A stretch of 32,000 nucleotides of DNA from Thermococcus kodakarensis KOD1 (lineage in GTDB: Archaea; Methanobacteriota_B; Thermococci; Thermococcales; Thermococcaceae): contig NC_006624.1 in the NCBI RefSeq assembly GCF_000009965.1, forward strand, positions 540,001 to 572,000, given 5' to 3'. Below the pieces are notes generated by a model. That model worked only from the letters and a program-made list of their open reading frames with translations, had not been told where the DNA came from and ran no database searches. This document shows, in pieces, positions 9,951-18,821 of this stretch; positions within the stretch are counted from its first letter, which is position 1; every line of letters begins with the position of its first letter. Made by a program: the position numbers and the translations under genes.

Positions 9951-9980
9951 AATTCCATGAATATTTTGGTCGGTGGTACC

Positions 9981-11157
9981 ATGAAAAGAGTAATCCCTGC
10001 AATGCTTCTGGTGGGTTTGATTTTTTTCTGGATTTTTCGTAACGGCGAGTGATATACAGCTGCCGTATTTCAGGAACCTGGCAAGTGTGAACATCCAGAA
10101 TGCTGGAGAAGCGCGCGTCTTCGTTTCAGCCCTTTATCCCGAAGGGTTCAGACAGATTGCCGAATACGACATCAAGAACAATAGACAGATTATCCTGAAC
10201 CTCGGCGACCTCAGAAAGGCCTGGGAAGACGAGTACAGGAAAAACAAAAGGCTGTCACAGCCGCTGATTCTTCTCACGATAGTCACAAAAGACGGCAACG
10301 TCTCCATCGAAAGCGTCAGCTTCGATTGGAAGGAACTGCCCCAATCAAGAGGTGTAGTTCCCAAGTTTAGGCCATTAAAGAACGCCGTGAAGACGTCCTC
10401 CGAGCAGACAAACGACGTGCAGCCCCTCTACTATTACAGCCGCACGCTGGTGGACTCCTACGAGTGGACAGCACCAACCGTAGTGGCCCAGGTAATCCCG
10501 GACAGTTCAACTAAGGGGTACATCTCGTACACCTACTCCATCAACAAGAAAGTTGGGTTCAGCATCAACGCGTTTGTGGACAAAGACTGGACCCGGCTGG
10601 CTTCGTACAACATCGTTCAAAAAGACGAAACTGGTTCTCATTACGCCAATTTTCCCCAGGGTAGTCCCTACTACATCTGGATGAACGTCAAATACCGTTA
10701 CGAGAGATGGAGGGTTTACAGTGCAGGCTGGGTGTGGTACGAAGAGTACGTCTACGTTAAGGACTTTTACCCCAGCACAATAACAGGGGGGACGTCAAAA
10801 CCATCGGATGCCCAAGTTCCGCCAATTGATAGGTGGATAGATGAAGGAGTTCATGAGTCCACAGGGGATATAGGGTACTATGCGTTCCATATATGGGACC
10901 TCAACACGAGCGATTTTGCAGTGGATGTTCTAAAGTTCATCGATATTCTCGAGGCCGTGGGGAAGATAAGCGAAACCGCCGCCGAGAAGGCCAGTCTCGT
11001 CGGGCTCTTTATCGACGTGGGTTTTGAATACGACAACATGAAAGCGTTCGACTTTGACCTTTCTTTAGACTCGGATGTGCAAACAAGGCACCACGTCTGG
11101 AGGGGAGAGAGCACGGACATATCCACGGTTCCTGTTCTGTGTTTCAAAGTTGATTAA
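9981..11157 (+). pseudogene. Orphan secreted or membrane-anchored Trp/Tyr-rich protein. The frame is interrupted in a T7 run (10021-10027). The signal-peptide exon-like piece is 9981-10052; the body is 10021-11157 in another frame.
   Basis: ATG 9981 encodes MKRVIPAMLLVGLIFFWIFRNGE-stop. The body frame is open from 10021 and reads FFSGFFVTASDIQLPYFRNLAS, then VNIQNAG... Removing one T gives a continuous MKRVIPAMLLVGLIFSGFFVTASD... protein. Confidence 0.65.
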
Positions 11158-11255
11158 TATCTCCTTTCAAATTTTTCGTTTTCATGTTGGAGAAGGCAGT
11201 ACACGATTGAGCCAGGAGTCCAACCCATAGCCGAAGGGTTAGGCTTTTAGGCTCT

Positions 11256-12467
11256 ATGCATATTTTCTTCTTGGTGGTTTCTGTGGAAGCGGTAAAGAGG
11301 TACCTCTCACGAAAAGATTTCAAAAGCGCCTTTAATTCTGCACTTAAAATTGAGGATAGCTTTGAGCGTCTTCTTGCACTCCTGAGAATCTTTGATGAGT
11401 TCCCGAGAGAGGAGGTTCTCTCCGAGATGCTCCAAGCCCTTGAGGGCATCGAGGACAAGAGGGAAAAAGCGCTCGCCTATTCCATAGTGGGGAGAGCCTT
11501 CTATCAGCTCGGACGCGAGAGCGCAGGGGAGAGGTACATGATACTGGCGGTTTCCCTCGCCAGGGAGTTCTCCTCCCCCAGGATTAGAGGAGAGCTTCTG
11601 GCGGGCATTGCCAGAAACCTTGCCATCTCAGACAGGTATAGAGACGCTTATCTGCTCTTCTGGGAGGCCGTTGAGACCCTCCAGTCTGCGAGGGGCCTGT
11701 CTTCAGCAGTCCTGTCATCCCTTCTCAGCGTCGCCAGGCTGATTGAAAAAACCGCCGATGAGATAAACGCCCCCATCGCCCTCGACTACTATCGCCTGGC
11801 AAAGGAAGTATATGAGTCCCTATTCTTCAACCTCCAGGCAAAAGAGCTTTCCGAGAAAATAGAGCTTATAGAAGAGGTTCTCCGCAGGGGAAAAACCGTT
11901 GTTGATTCCCTCGTGGAGAAGGGAGACGTTGAAAAGGCAGTAGACTTAATCCGATTCTTAGACCTCAGGGAGAGGGCCTCGGAAATGCTGAAGCTCAGCT
12001 ACTGGCTCTTCCTCCACGAGAGGCCGGACCTCGGAAGGAGAGTCTTTGAAGACGCCATGAACCTCATACTCGTTGGAAAGTTCAGACCCTCCGACGAGGA
12101 GCTTTTCAAAATAGCAAAGAGAATGCTCCGCATCGGCCTCGTCGAAGAGCCGCTTGTCCTCGCGGGCATCATTGATGACTCCCACCTAGCCTCTGAGCTT
12201 TTAGGAGAAGTGGCCATCGCCTACAGGCGGATGGGAGAGCTCTCAAAGGCCCGCTCGATAGCGGAGGGAATTCCCGACGAAAGTGTTAAGAACCGCGTTT
12301 TAAAGGCACTGGAAGGTGGTGAAGATGTGGGACACGAGCAAGGATTACCGCTTACTGGTCGCGGAGAAGAGCGTGGAGCTGTTCCTGAAGACGATAGAGG
12401 GAGCGAAGTTCAAGGGGAAGTGGGACAAGAAGAGGACAATCCAGCTGGCGAAGGAGATGATTCCTGA
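11256..12467 (+). CDS. Helical-repeat (TPR-like) protein, hypothetical
   Basis: About 400 aa, all-helical, with repeated A/L/Y-rich hairpin-like units ([59 protein letters not shown]). GTG 11283, 5 nt after GGTGG, is an alternative start. The last roughly 48 codons overlap the next gene out of frame. Confidence 0.55.
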   Translation: MHIFFLVVSVEAVKRYLSRKDFKSAFNSALKIEDSFERLLALLRIFDEFPREEVLSEMLQALEGIEDKREKALAYSIVGRAFYQLGRESAGERYMILAVSLAREFSSPRIRGELLAGIARNLAISDRYRDAYLLFWEAVETLQSARGLSSAVLSSLLSVARLIEKTADEINAPIALDYYRLAKEVYESLFFNLQAKELSEKIELIEEVLRRGKTVVDSLVEKGDVEKAVDLIRFLDLRERASEMLKLSYWLFLHERPDLGRRVFEDAMNLILVGKFRPSDEELFKIAKRMLRIGLVEEPLVLAGIIDDSHLASELLGEVAIAYRRMGELSKARSIAEGIPDESVKNRVLKALEGGEDVGHEQGLPLTGRGEERGAVPEDDRGSEVQGEVGQEEDNPAGEGDDS

Positions 12468-13050
12468 GATACAGGCCATGCGCTACAGCTACATTGATCC
12501 AAAAGAGCTAGTCGATACACCTCAGATGAAGGCCCTGAAGGAAAAGGCCCTCGGGATAATCGAAGCTCTTGGCGGGGAGGACTGGCACCACAAGTTTCTC
12601 AGCTTAGCGGACAAGAGCGAGCGCGAGAAGGTAGAGGAAGCCGTTGCGAAAGTTCGCTTCTTCCTGAATACGATCCTTGGCCTTGACAGGAGACTGGCCT
12701 TAGGGAAGATAAACGACCCCGTCATAGCGGTGGACATCAAGGTCGGAGAAGTCATGAGCGTCGCAAAGCACCCGAACGCTGACCGCTTGCTGGTTACGAA
12801 CGTCAACATCGGCGACAGGGCGATAACAGTCGTTACAAACGACCTCACCGTTAAGGAAGGCAACCGCGTTGCCGTTGCGCTGCTACCGCCAGCAAACTTC
12901 CGCGGAATAGTGAGCGAGGGCATGTTCCTCGGTGCAGGAGAGGGCGTTTTGAAGGACGTCAATGGTGAAATCGGCGGCCTTCCGAAGGGAATCCCGCTTG
13001 AAGCCCTCAACGAGACGAGGAACATCGTCGAGGCGTTTTTGAAGGGGTGA
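12325..13050 (+). CDS. tRNA-binding-domain protein (Trbp111/CsaA/MetRS C-terminal-like OB fold) with a helical N-terminal domain
   Basis: ATG 12325 lies 5 nt after GGTGGTGA. The C-terminal half ([63 protein letters not shown]) is the classical tRNA_bind motif set. Confidence 0.8.
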   Translation: MWDTSKDYRLLVAEKSVELFLKTIEGAKFKGKWDKKRTIQLAKEMIPEIQAMRYSYIDPKELVDTPQMKALKEKALGIIEALGGEDWHHKFLSLADKSEREKVEEAVAKVRFFLNTILGLDRRLALGKINDPVIAVDIKVGEVMSVAKHPNADRLLVTNVNIGDRAITVVTNDLTVKEGNRVAVALLPPANFRGIVSEGMFLGAGEGVLKDVNGEIGGLPKGIPLEALNETRNIVEAFLKG

Positions 13051-13053
13051 AAC

Positions 13054-13070
13054 CTTTTCTTTCTTTTTAT
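13054..13070 (+). terminator. Oligo-T archaeal terminator candidate
   Basis: CTTTTCTTTCTTTTTAT lies immediately after the stop at 13050. Confidence 0.4.
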
Positions 13071-13181
13071 TAGGAGATTTAGTTTTGGTTGTTCTCAGAT
13101 CACTCAAAAAGGAAGGGTTTAAGAGGGTTGAAGTCTATAATGAGATTGAACTACTGCTTGTTGATGGATGGGGTGATAAAT

Positions 13182-13706
13182 ATGGTTCCGCCTGAGCTGG
13201 AAGAGGGGCTTCCCCTCGAAAAGATGAAGGACTTCTCCCTTGAGGAGCTTCTTGGGATGGCCATCAAGGCCGAAATAGGCGCGAGGAAGTTCTACGAGAG
13301 CCTTGCCGAGAGGATTGACATCCAGGAGCTTAAGGAAAAGATAGAGTGGCTCGCCGGAGAGGAGAAGAAGCACGAGGAGCTTTTGAGAAAGATCTACGCC
13401 AATATGTTCCCTGGGAAGGAGGTTGTCTTTCCCAAGGAGCACATAGGACCGGAGCTCCAGCCCGTCGCGAGGAAGCTTAACGGCGTGCAGGACATCATAG
13501 ATCTCATCCGCTGGGCCATGAAGGCCGAGGAGATAGCGGCGCAGTTCTATGCGAAGCTTGAGGAGATGGTTGACACCGAGGAGAAGAAGAGGCTCATGCG
13601 CTACCTCAGCGATATGGAGTGGGGCCACTACTACAACCTGAAGGCCGAGTACGAGCTCCTCCTTGACTGGGAGATGTACGGCCAGATGATGCACGTCGGG
13701 CCTTGA
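13182..13706 (+). CDS. Rubrerythrin/ferritin-like diiron four-helix-bundle protein
   Basis: ATG 13182 lies 4 nt after GGGTGAT. The ligand pattern E ... ExxH ... E ... ExxH is visible (AIKAEIGARKFYE, GEEKKHEELL, AMKAEEIAAQFY, DMEWGHYYNL). The track's 5' extension from 13089 is unsupported. Confidence 0.75.
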   Translation: MVPPELEEGLPLEKMKDFSLEELLGMAIKAEIGARKFYESLAERIDIQELKEKIEWLAGEEKKHEELLRKIYANMFPGKEVVFPKEHIGPELQPVARKLNGVQDIIDLIRWAMKAEEIAAQFYAKLEEMVDTEEKKRLMRYLSDMEWGHYYNLKAEYELLLDWEMYGQMMHVGP

Positions 13707-13751
13707 GCCATTTATATTTTAACTTTCCAGCGGGATATAAAGTCCCTCTAC

Positions 13752-14741
13752 TCATCCAGACCAATCCAGCAGGGATTTAAGGTCTATCCTGTGCCCGTTG
13801 GATTTGACGGCCGCTTCTATGACGGCGAGATCCTTCAGAGCCTCAAGGGGACTTCCGAGGACGTTTTCCCTTTCTCCCATCACCACCCTGTAGAAGTCTT
13901 CAAACTCAAGCTTGTAGCTGTTCTCCGGGTTGACGCCAATTTCCTCCCCGTTGAGGAGTATTCTGTCCCACTCCACGAGCATCCTTCCATCGGTCCCCAC
14001 TATCTCGAACCTGTCCTTACCTTTAATCGAGTACCCAGCTGTGTAGGTTCCAACAACTCCGCTCTCGAACTCGAGGAGAGACGACATGAAGTCGAGCCCC
14101 CCAAGGAGCGGGGAGAGGTCGCGCACGGCAGCGGAAATCCATGCGACATCACCGAAGATGAGCCTCATAGCGGCTACATGGTGCACCCCTCCGTCCGAGA
14201 GAAAGCCCCCAACATGCTTCGGACTCTTCCTCCACCCGGTGTGCACGTAGGGGTTGCCCTCGTCCATGCCGACCCACACGTGCCAGCTCGTGAAGACGGG
14301 CTCCCCTATTTTCCCCGCATCAATCAGCTCCTTTGCCTTCCAGAAAGCGGGAACGTGCCTGAAGTTCTCGGCGATGTAAACAACGACATCCGAGCCGTTG
14401 GCGATTTTTACTATCTCTTTTCCGGTCTTTACATCGGTCGAAATCGGTTTTTCGCATATAACGTGAACCCCGTTTTCGACTGCCTTCTTTATGAACGGAA
14501 GGTTCAGTTCAACGGGAAGCGCCAGGTCAACCGCGTCAACCTCTCCCGACCGGAGAAGCTCTTCATAGCTCTCAAAAACTTCCGCTCCGCCAACGAGCTC
14601 GGCGCACTCCACGGCGTGCTCCTTTGTCCTGCTCGTGACTGCAGCCACCTCAAAAATGTCGGAAAGCTCCTTTAAGGCCGGAATGTGGAGGGTCTTTGCT
14701 GCAATCCCGCAACCAACTATCCCCAGCCTGATTTTCCGCAT
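13752..14741 (-). CDS. Gfo/Idh/MocA-family NAD(P)-dependent oxidoreductase
   Basis: N-terminal Rossmann motif IRLGIVGCGIAA, the family EKP motif (HVICEKP), and a C-terminal alpha/beta domain. Confidence 0.85.
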   Translation of the reverse strand: MRKIRLGIVGCGIAAKTLHIPALKELSDIFEVAAVTSRTKEHAVECAELVGGAEVFESYEELLRSGEVDAVDLALPVELNLPFIKKAVENGVHVICEKPISTDVKTGKEIVKIANGSDVVVYIAENFRHVPAFWKAKELIDAGKIGEPVFTSWHVWVGMDEGNPYVHTGWRKSPKHVGGFLSDGGVHHVAAMRLIFGDVAWISAAVRDLSPLLGGLDFMSSLLEFESGVVGTYTAGYSIKGKDRFEIVGTDGRMLVEWDRILLNGEEIGVNPENSYKLEFEDFYRVVMGERENVLGSPLEALKDLAVIEAAVKSNGHRIDLKSLLDWSG

Positions 14742-14831
14742 GTTTTTGCCCCCCTTAAAGAGTCAATATCCAAAAATTCTCGGCGGCATTGAATATAACA
14801 TTTTTCCGTGATAGCGCGACCGGCCCAAAAG

Positions 14832-14841
14832 CTTTTTAATT
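14832..14841 (+). promoter_or_regulatory. TATA-like element (CTTTTTAATT) upstream of the ZIP transporter gene
   Basis: An A/T box preceded by the purine-rich CCAAAAG, about 33 nt before ATG 14874, in the divergent intergenic region. Confidence 0.4.
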
Positions 14842-14873
14842 CCAAAGCCCAATGTTTTTAGGTGAGCCTAATA

Positions 14874-15683
14874 ATGCTGGAAGGATTCATAGCGAACCTC
14901 TCATCGTGGCTGCTGAGCATCTCAGGCGGCAGCCTGATAATGGTGGCCTTCTACGCGGGCCTGTTCGTTGCCTTAATGACCACCCTCGGCGCCCTTCTTG
15001 CCATCTTCGCCAACAGAATGCCGGGCTGGGGCGTGGATGTGAGCCTCTCTTTCGCCGCTGGAGTCATGATAGTGGCAAGTTTTACAAGCCTGATACTCCC
15101 GGCCATAGAATCAACGGGTACTTTCACACCAGCGGGCGTTGGAATCCTGCTTGGGGTTATACTCATTTACCTTATAGACCGATTCATTCCCCACGAACAC
15201 CTCGTCAAGGGCTACGAGGGGCCGAGAGAGTTCAAGGAGCGCCTCAGGGTTGTGTGGCTCATCGTTTTAGCCGTCATCATCCACAACCTCCCTGAGGGGA
15301 TGGCAGTTGGGACTTCGCTTGTCTACGACCTCGAGAGGGGCCTCATAACGGCGATAGCCATTGGAATCCAGGATTTTCCGGAGGGAACCGTCGTTTCTCT
15401 CCCGCTGGCGACCCTCCAGAAAAAGCGCCTCATGCCCATAGTGATGGGTGCACTTAGCGGCGTGGCAGAGATGGTGATGGTCATCCTCGGTGCGTTCCTC
15501 TTCACTGTCTTCCACTCGCTATTGCCCTACGGACTTGGAATGGCCGGCGGGGCGATGCTCTACGTTACAGTGAAGGAAATGATACCCGAGATATACAAGA
15601 GGGAGGAGAACGAGACGCTGGTCACTCTCGGCTTCTTCCTGGGGTTCTACGTGATGCTGTTCCTCGACTCGATGCTCGGCTGA
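14874..15683 (+). CDS. ZIP-family (ZupT-like) divalent metal transporter
   Basis: Polytopic membrane protein with the signature motifs HNLPEGMAVG and IGIQDFPEG. ATG 14874 lies 8 nt after GGTGA. Confidence 0.85.
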   Translation: MLEGFIANLSSWLLSISGGSLIMVAFYAGLFVALMTTLGALLAIFANRMPGWGVDVSLSFAAGVMIVASFTSLILPAIESTGTFTPAGVGILLGVILIYLIDRFIPHEHLVKGYEGPREFKERLRVVWLIVLAVIIHNLPEGMAVGTSLVYDLERGLITAIAIGIQDFPEGTVVSLPLATLQKKRLMPIVMGALSGVAEMVMVILGAFLFTVFHSLLPYGLGMAGGAMLYVTVKEMIPEIYKREENETLVTLGFFLGFYVMLFLDSMLG

Positions 15684-15789
15684 GTAAGTGCATTTGTTTT
15701 TTTCTCTTCTCCTGAGCCTTACAGCAAAATCTGAGAAGTTGGATGATAGAAAAGAGCGGAATAATTTTCAGGGGCTAAAAGACTAAAAA

Positions 15790-16818
15790 TCAGTCCTCCC
15801 CGAAAATCCTCTCCACGAACCACTTCTCATCAAAGGGTCTGAGGTCTTCGTAGCCCTGTCCAACGCCGACGAAGAGTATGGGCGCGCCGATTGCATGGCT
15901 TATGCTCAAGGCTGCCCCTCCCCTCGCGTCTGCATCGAGCTTGGTGAGTATAACTCCGTCTATCCTCACGGCCTCGTTGAACTGCTTGGCCTGTTCGACA
16001 ACGGCGTTGCCTCCGAGCGAGTCCCCAACGAATATCACCAGATCGGGCTTGGTGACCCTTGCTATCTTCTTCATCTCGTCCATGAGGTTCCTGTTCAGTT
16101 CGTTTCTTCCAGCCGTATCTATCAGGACGACATCAATTCCCCTCGCCTTTGCGTGCTGGATGGCGTCGTAGGCAACCGCGGCAGGGTCTGCGCCGTAGTC
16201 GTGCTTTATGACCTTGACGCCAACCCTCTTCGCGTGCTCTTCAAGCTGTTCTATAGCACCCGCCCTGAAGGTGTCGCTGGCAGCTATTACAACGCTGAAC
16301 CCGTTCTTCTTGAGCCAGTGGGCGAGCTTCGCTATGGTGGTTGTTTTTCCAGAGCCGTTGAAGCCGACGAAGGCTATGACGAAGGGCTTATCCTCTTTCG
16401 ATTTTATCATCTGGAGCAAGTCGATTTTCTTTTCGGGAGTCAAGATTTCGAGAATAGCCTCTTTCAGGGCTTCCTCTATAATCTTGCCCTTGTTGGTGCC
16501 TATCCTGACCTTTCTTCCAACGAGCTTTTCCTTTATCTTCTCGCGGAGGGCTTCGACGGTCTCAAGGGCAACATCGGCCTCAAGGAGTTCAATTTCAAGC
16601 TCGTCGAGGGCATCTTCGATGTCCTTCTCCTTTATCTCCACCTGGAGGAGTCTTCCAAGGAATCCGGGTTTTTCTCCCTCTGTCTCTGTGGACTCCTGAA
16701 CAGCCTTCTGTATTTCTTCCCCAGCCATTGGAGCCTCAACGGCCTTTTCTTCCTCTTCTATTTTCTCCTCAACCTGCTTTGTGAACTTTTTGAGCTTCTC
16801 CCTTAGCTTTCCGAACAT
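15790..16818 (-). CDS. ftsY: Signal recognition particle receptor FtsY
   Basis: SRP-GTPase motifs [15 protein letters not shown] and TKLD, plus an acidic N-terminal region. The true start is ATG 16818 (MFGKLREKL), preceded by GGTGGTGA. The track's extension to 16917 runs through the promoter and the IS end. Confidence 0.92.
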   Translation of the reverse strand: MFGKLREKLKKFTKQVEEKIEEEEKAVEAPMAGEEIQKAVQESTETEGEKPGFLGRLLQVEIKEKDIEDALDELEIELLEADVALETVEALREKIKEKLVGRKVRIGTNKGKIIEEALKEAILEILTPEKKIDLLQMIKSKEDKPFVIAFVGFNGSGKTTTIAKLAHWLKKNGFSVVIAASDTFRAGAIEQLEEHAKRVGVKVIKHDYGADPAAVAYDAIQHAKARGIDVVLIDTAGRNELNRNLMDEMKKIARVTKPDLVIFVGDSLGGNAVVEQAKQFNEAVRIDGVILTKLDADARGGAALSISHAIGAPILFVGVGQGYEDLRPFDEKWFVERIFGED

Positions 16819-16841
16819 CTTCACCACCGGTTGGAAAGGGT

Positions 16842-16858
16842 GTATATCATTATATATG
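16842..16858 (-). promoter_or_regulatory. ftsY core promoter (TATA-like CATATATAATGATATAC on the minus strand)
   Basis: This is the only strongly A/T stretch between the IS end and the ftsY start. It lies 24-40 nt upstream of ATG 16818. Confidence 0.45.
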
Positions 16859-16940
16859 ACTATCGGGGTCTGTCCGTCGTGAGTTTTAGGGAGGAACGTG
16901 AGTGAACCTCCCTCCATTTAAATCAACCCTCACGACGGAC
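16852..16940 (-). ncRNA. Candidate 3' part of a TnpB omega-RNA: a nested stem-loop scaffold (16940-16872) plus a flanking guide-like segment (16871-16852). The 5' extent inside tnpB is unknown.
   Basis: A perfect 12-bp inverted repeat, GTCCGTCGTGAG (16872-16883) with CTCACGACGGAC (16929-16940), encloses a 7-bp stem, AGGGAGG (16888-16894) with CCTCCCT (16907-16913). The structure straddles the tnpB stop codon (16886-16888). Confidence 0.45.
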
Positions 16941-18139
16941 TTGGGCTTCATCACGTTCAGTTCCCCTCTGGGTTCATTGGGGAGCAAATCATCAAGCTCA
17001 GCCCCGCTCAGGGCGACCCCAAGTCCCCGCACGAAAACGTTGAACGAACCAACAAACTGCCTGTCAGCCTCAAAACCACAGTTATGACAAACCACCCGCC
17101 CGTTTCGGGACTCCAACCAACTCCCACACACCGGGCAGGTGGACGAAGTGTAAGCAGGATTAACAAACTCGACAGGAACACGATAGGAAAGCTTTCCAAC
17201 GATTTTCTTCCAAGTAGCACGGGAGAGCTTCCTGTTGAACTTCCTCGAACCGTTCTGGAGCATTTTGAACTTGTTTAAATCCTCGAAGACAAAAACTGCA
17301 TCAGGGAACTCTCTTGAAAGCTGGACTGCAAGCTTGTTCAAATAATCCTCAATCCTGTTCCTTCTCCTCGTCCAGTATTTTTTAAGGAGAACTCCAATCC
17401 TCTTTGGAGCTTTCCGCTGAACGCTCTTCAGCCCGTCAATAATCCTGTCATAAGTCTCGGCAATCCTGTGTAGCTCGCTCAAGTCCACTCTAATCCAGCC
17501 TTTTTCAGGGTGAAAAATATCGAGGCTCGTTAAGTTACTATCAATACCGATTTTGATTCTTCCAGAGAACTCGACTTCTTTTGAGAACGTTAGTAGAACG
17601 TCGTTCTCCCTGATTATTAGTTCACCGACCTTCCAGTCCTTAACCCTTTCATAGAACCACTCCTTTGAGAAGTCCAGCTCGAGGTATTCCTCACGAGGCT
17701 TAACTGTGATTCGTATCCTTGAGCCTTCAACCTTCATTAGAGTTGTTTTCACCCTCACGAACTTTCTCTTAACGACTGGCTTCGCTCTTTTTCTCTTCCC
17801 TTTGAGGTAGTTCCCTCTCCAGCTTTTGAGGATTGAATAAGCGGTCTTTATAGCAGAATCAATGTAGTGCTTGGCGAAAGGCCAGTCCTTGAGGAGTTTG
17901 TTCCTTAATTCTCGCTTAAACTCATTCGACTGTGGAAAATACGGGATTAGGCGGGTCGTCTCATAGTAGTGATAATTCCTGCTTCCAACGGAATACCTGT
18001 GCGTGACTTTCTTCTCTCTCCAAGTCGTGTTCTCCGATATTTCATCAATTGCCCTCTGGAGAAGTCTTTGGTATTCTTTTAGGAACGAATTAACGTTCCA
18101 GTTGTGCGACATTCTGTATGTGAGAACAAGTTTAGTCAT
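16886..18139 (-). CDS. tnpB: TnpB (IS200/IS605/IS607 OrfB-type RuvC-like RNA-guided endonuclease family)
   Basis: 417 aa. Candidate RuvC triad residues lie in IGIDSNL, FVFEDLN and FEADRQ. Zinc finger CPVCGSW...CHNCGFE. The ORF appears intact. Confidence 0.9.
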   Translation of the reverse strand: MTKLVLTYRMSHNWNVNSFLKEYQRLLQRAIDEISENTTWREKKVTHRYSVGSRNYHYYETTRLIPYFPQSNEFKRELRNKLLKDWPFAKHYIDSAIKTAYSILKSWRGNYLKGKRKRAKPVVKRKFVRVKTTLMKVEGSRIRITVKPREEYLELDFSKEWFYERVKDWKVGELIIRENDVLLTFSKEVEFSGRIKIGIDSNLTSLDIFHPEKGWIRVDLSELHRIAETYDRIIDGLKSVQRKAPKRIGVLLKKYWTRRRNRIEDYLNKLAVQLSREFPDAVFVFEDLNKFKMLQNGSRKFNRKLSRATWKKIVGKLSYRVPVEFVNPAYTSSTCPVCGSWLESRNGRVVCHNCGFEADRQFVGSFNVFVRGLGVALSGAELDDLLPNEPRGELNVMKPKSVVRVDLNGGRFTHVPP

Positions 18140-18761
18140 TCTCGACCTCCTCGATTAGTTTTTTCATGCCCTTCTTGAGCTTTTTGTATTTGTGAGAACG
18201 CATTCCGTAGAGCTTTCCAGCGAAGTGCGAGATTATGGTTATCAAGTCTTCAATGAGTTCTTCTCGTGGGGGTTTTTCTTTCTCGTTGATTACGATTATC
18301 TCTGAACCGTTTTCCTTGAAGAAGAATTCGAGAGTTTTGAAGCCAAAGCGGGTGAGCCTATCTGGATGTGTGATGATGACTTTTGAGACTTCTCCTTTTG
18401 CGACGAGTTCGAGGAGCTTGCGATAATTTTTCCTCTTCTCGTTCAATCCTGAACCGATGTCTTTGAGTATTTGGACTTGCCAGCCTCGTTCTTTTGCGTA
18501 TTGCTTGATAGCTTCAACCTGTCTTTCCAAGTCGTCTTTTTGTGTGTGGCTTGAGACTCTCGCATAGCCAATGATTAGGCCTTTTTCTTCGCTTATGCCG
18601 AGAAGTCTTTTTATTTCGCTTTCTGGTATTCTCCTTCGCCCGCCGGGTGTTCTAATGGTTTTGATTTTCCCTTCCTTATCCCATTTTTGGATTGTTTTTG
18701 GATGAACTCCGAGGATTTCGCTCGCCTGCTTAACCGTGTAAAGCTTCTCTTTCACTACCAT
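18132..18761 (-). CDS. tnpA: IS607-type TnpA serine recombinase with an N-terminal MerR-like HTH
   Basis: HTH segment [26 protein letters not shown] and resolvase catalytic motif [22 protein letters not shown] 18761 is preferred over the track's GTG 18779, because the TATA box at 18785-18793 would place the transcription start near 18762 (a leaderless mRNA). Confidence 0.88.
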   Translation of the reverse strand: MVVKEKLYTVKQASEILGVHPKTIQKWDKEGKIKTIRTPGGRRRIPESEIKRLLGISEEKGLIIGYARVSSHTQKDDLERQVEAIKQYAKERGWQVQILKDIGSGLNEKRKNYRKLLELVAKGEVSKVIITHPDRLTRFGFKTLEFFFKENGSEIIVINEKEKPPREELIEDLITIISHFAGKLYGMRSHKYKKLKKGMKKLIEEVEND

Positions 18762-18784
18762 ATACTCACAATTAATCACAAAAA

Positions 18785-18800
18785 CATTTAAAGTTTTTGG
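18785..18800 (-). promoter_or_regulatory. tnpA promoter (CCAAAAA-CTTTAAATG on the minus strand)
   Basis: A BRE-like purine run plus a TATA-like box, about 24 nt upstream of ATG 18761. Confidence 0.5.
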
Positions 18801-18821
18801 TTAAGAGAAACAGTTAAAGAA

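Larger units (their letters stand above)
16872..18820 (-). mobile_element. IS607-family insertion sequence (tnpA serine recombinase plus tnpB). Boundaries are approximate.
   Basis: The gene pair is typical of IS607 and the two genes overlap by 8 nt. The right end is placed at the terminal hairpin (about 16872). The left end lies between the sRNA candidate (ends 18822) and the tnpA promoter (18800). No terminal inverted repeats were found, as expected for IS607-type elements. Confidence 0.8.

Noticed and set aside
13119-13694. Long antisense ORFs opposite well-supported genes. Examples: 13119-13694(-), 13791-14675(+), 15895-16806(+), 20386-21117(-), 27485-28546(+), 28724-29518(-), 29525-30148(-).
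   Set aside because: Each lies fully inside and antisense to a gene with clear family motifs. Their translations are low-complexity and rich in R, P, L, G and S. These are typical shadow ORFs of GC-biased coding DNA.
14852-15295. An alternative 147-aa ORF overlapping the 5' half of the ZIP transporter gene in another frame.
   Set aside because: Its translation is Arg/Pro/Gly-rich and non-protein-like. The ZIP frame carries the family motifs and a proper SD and start.
16819-16917. A 33-codon N-terminal extension of ftsY in the ORF track (start at 16917).
   Set aside because: The extension runs through the TATA-like box and the IS terminal hairpin and overlaps the tnpB stop. ATG 16818, preceded by GGTGGTGA, gives a normal FtsY N-terminus.
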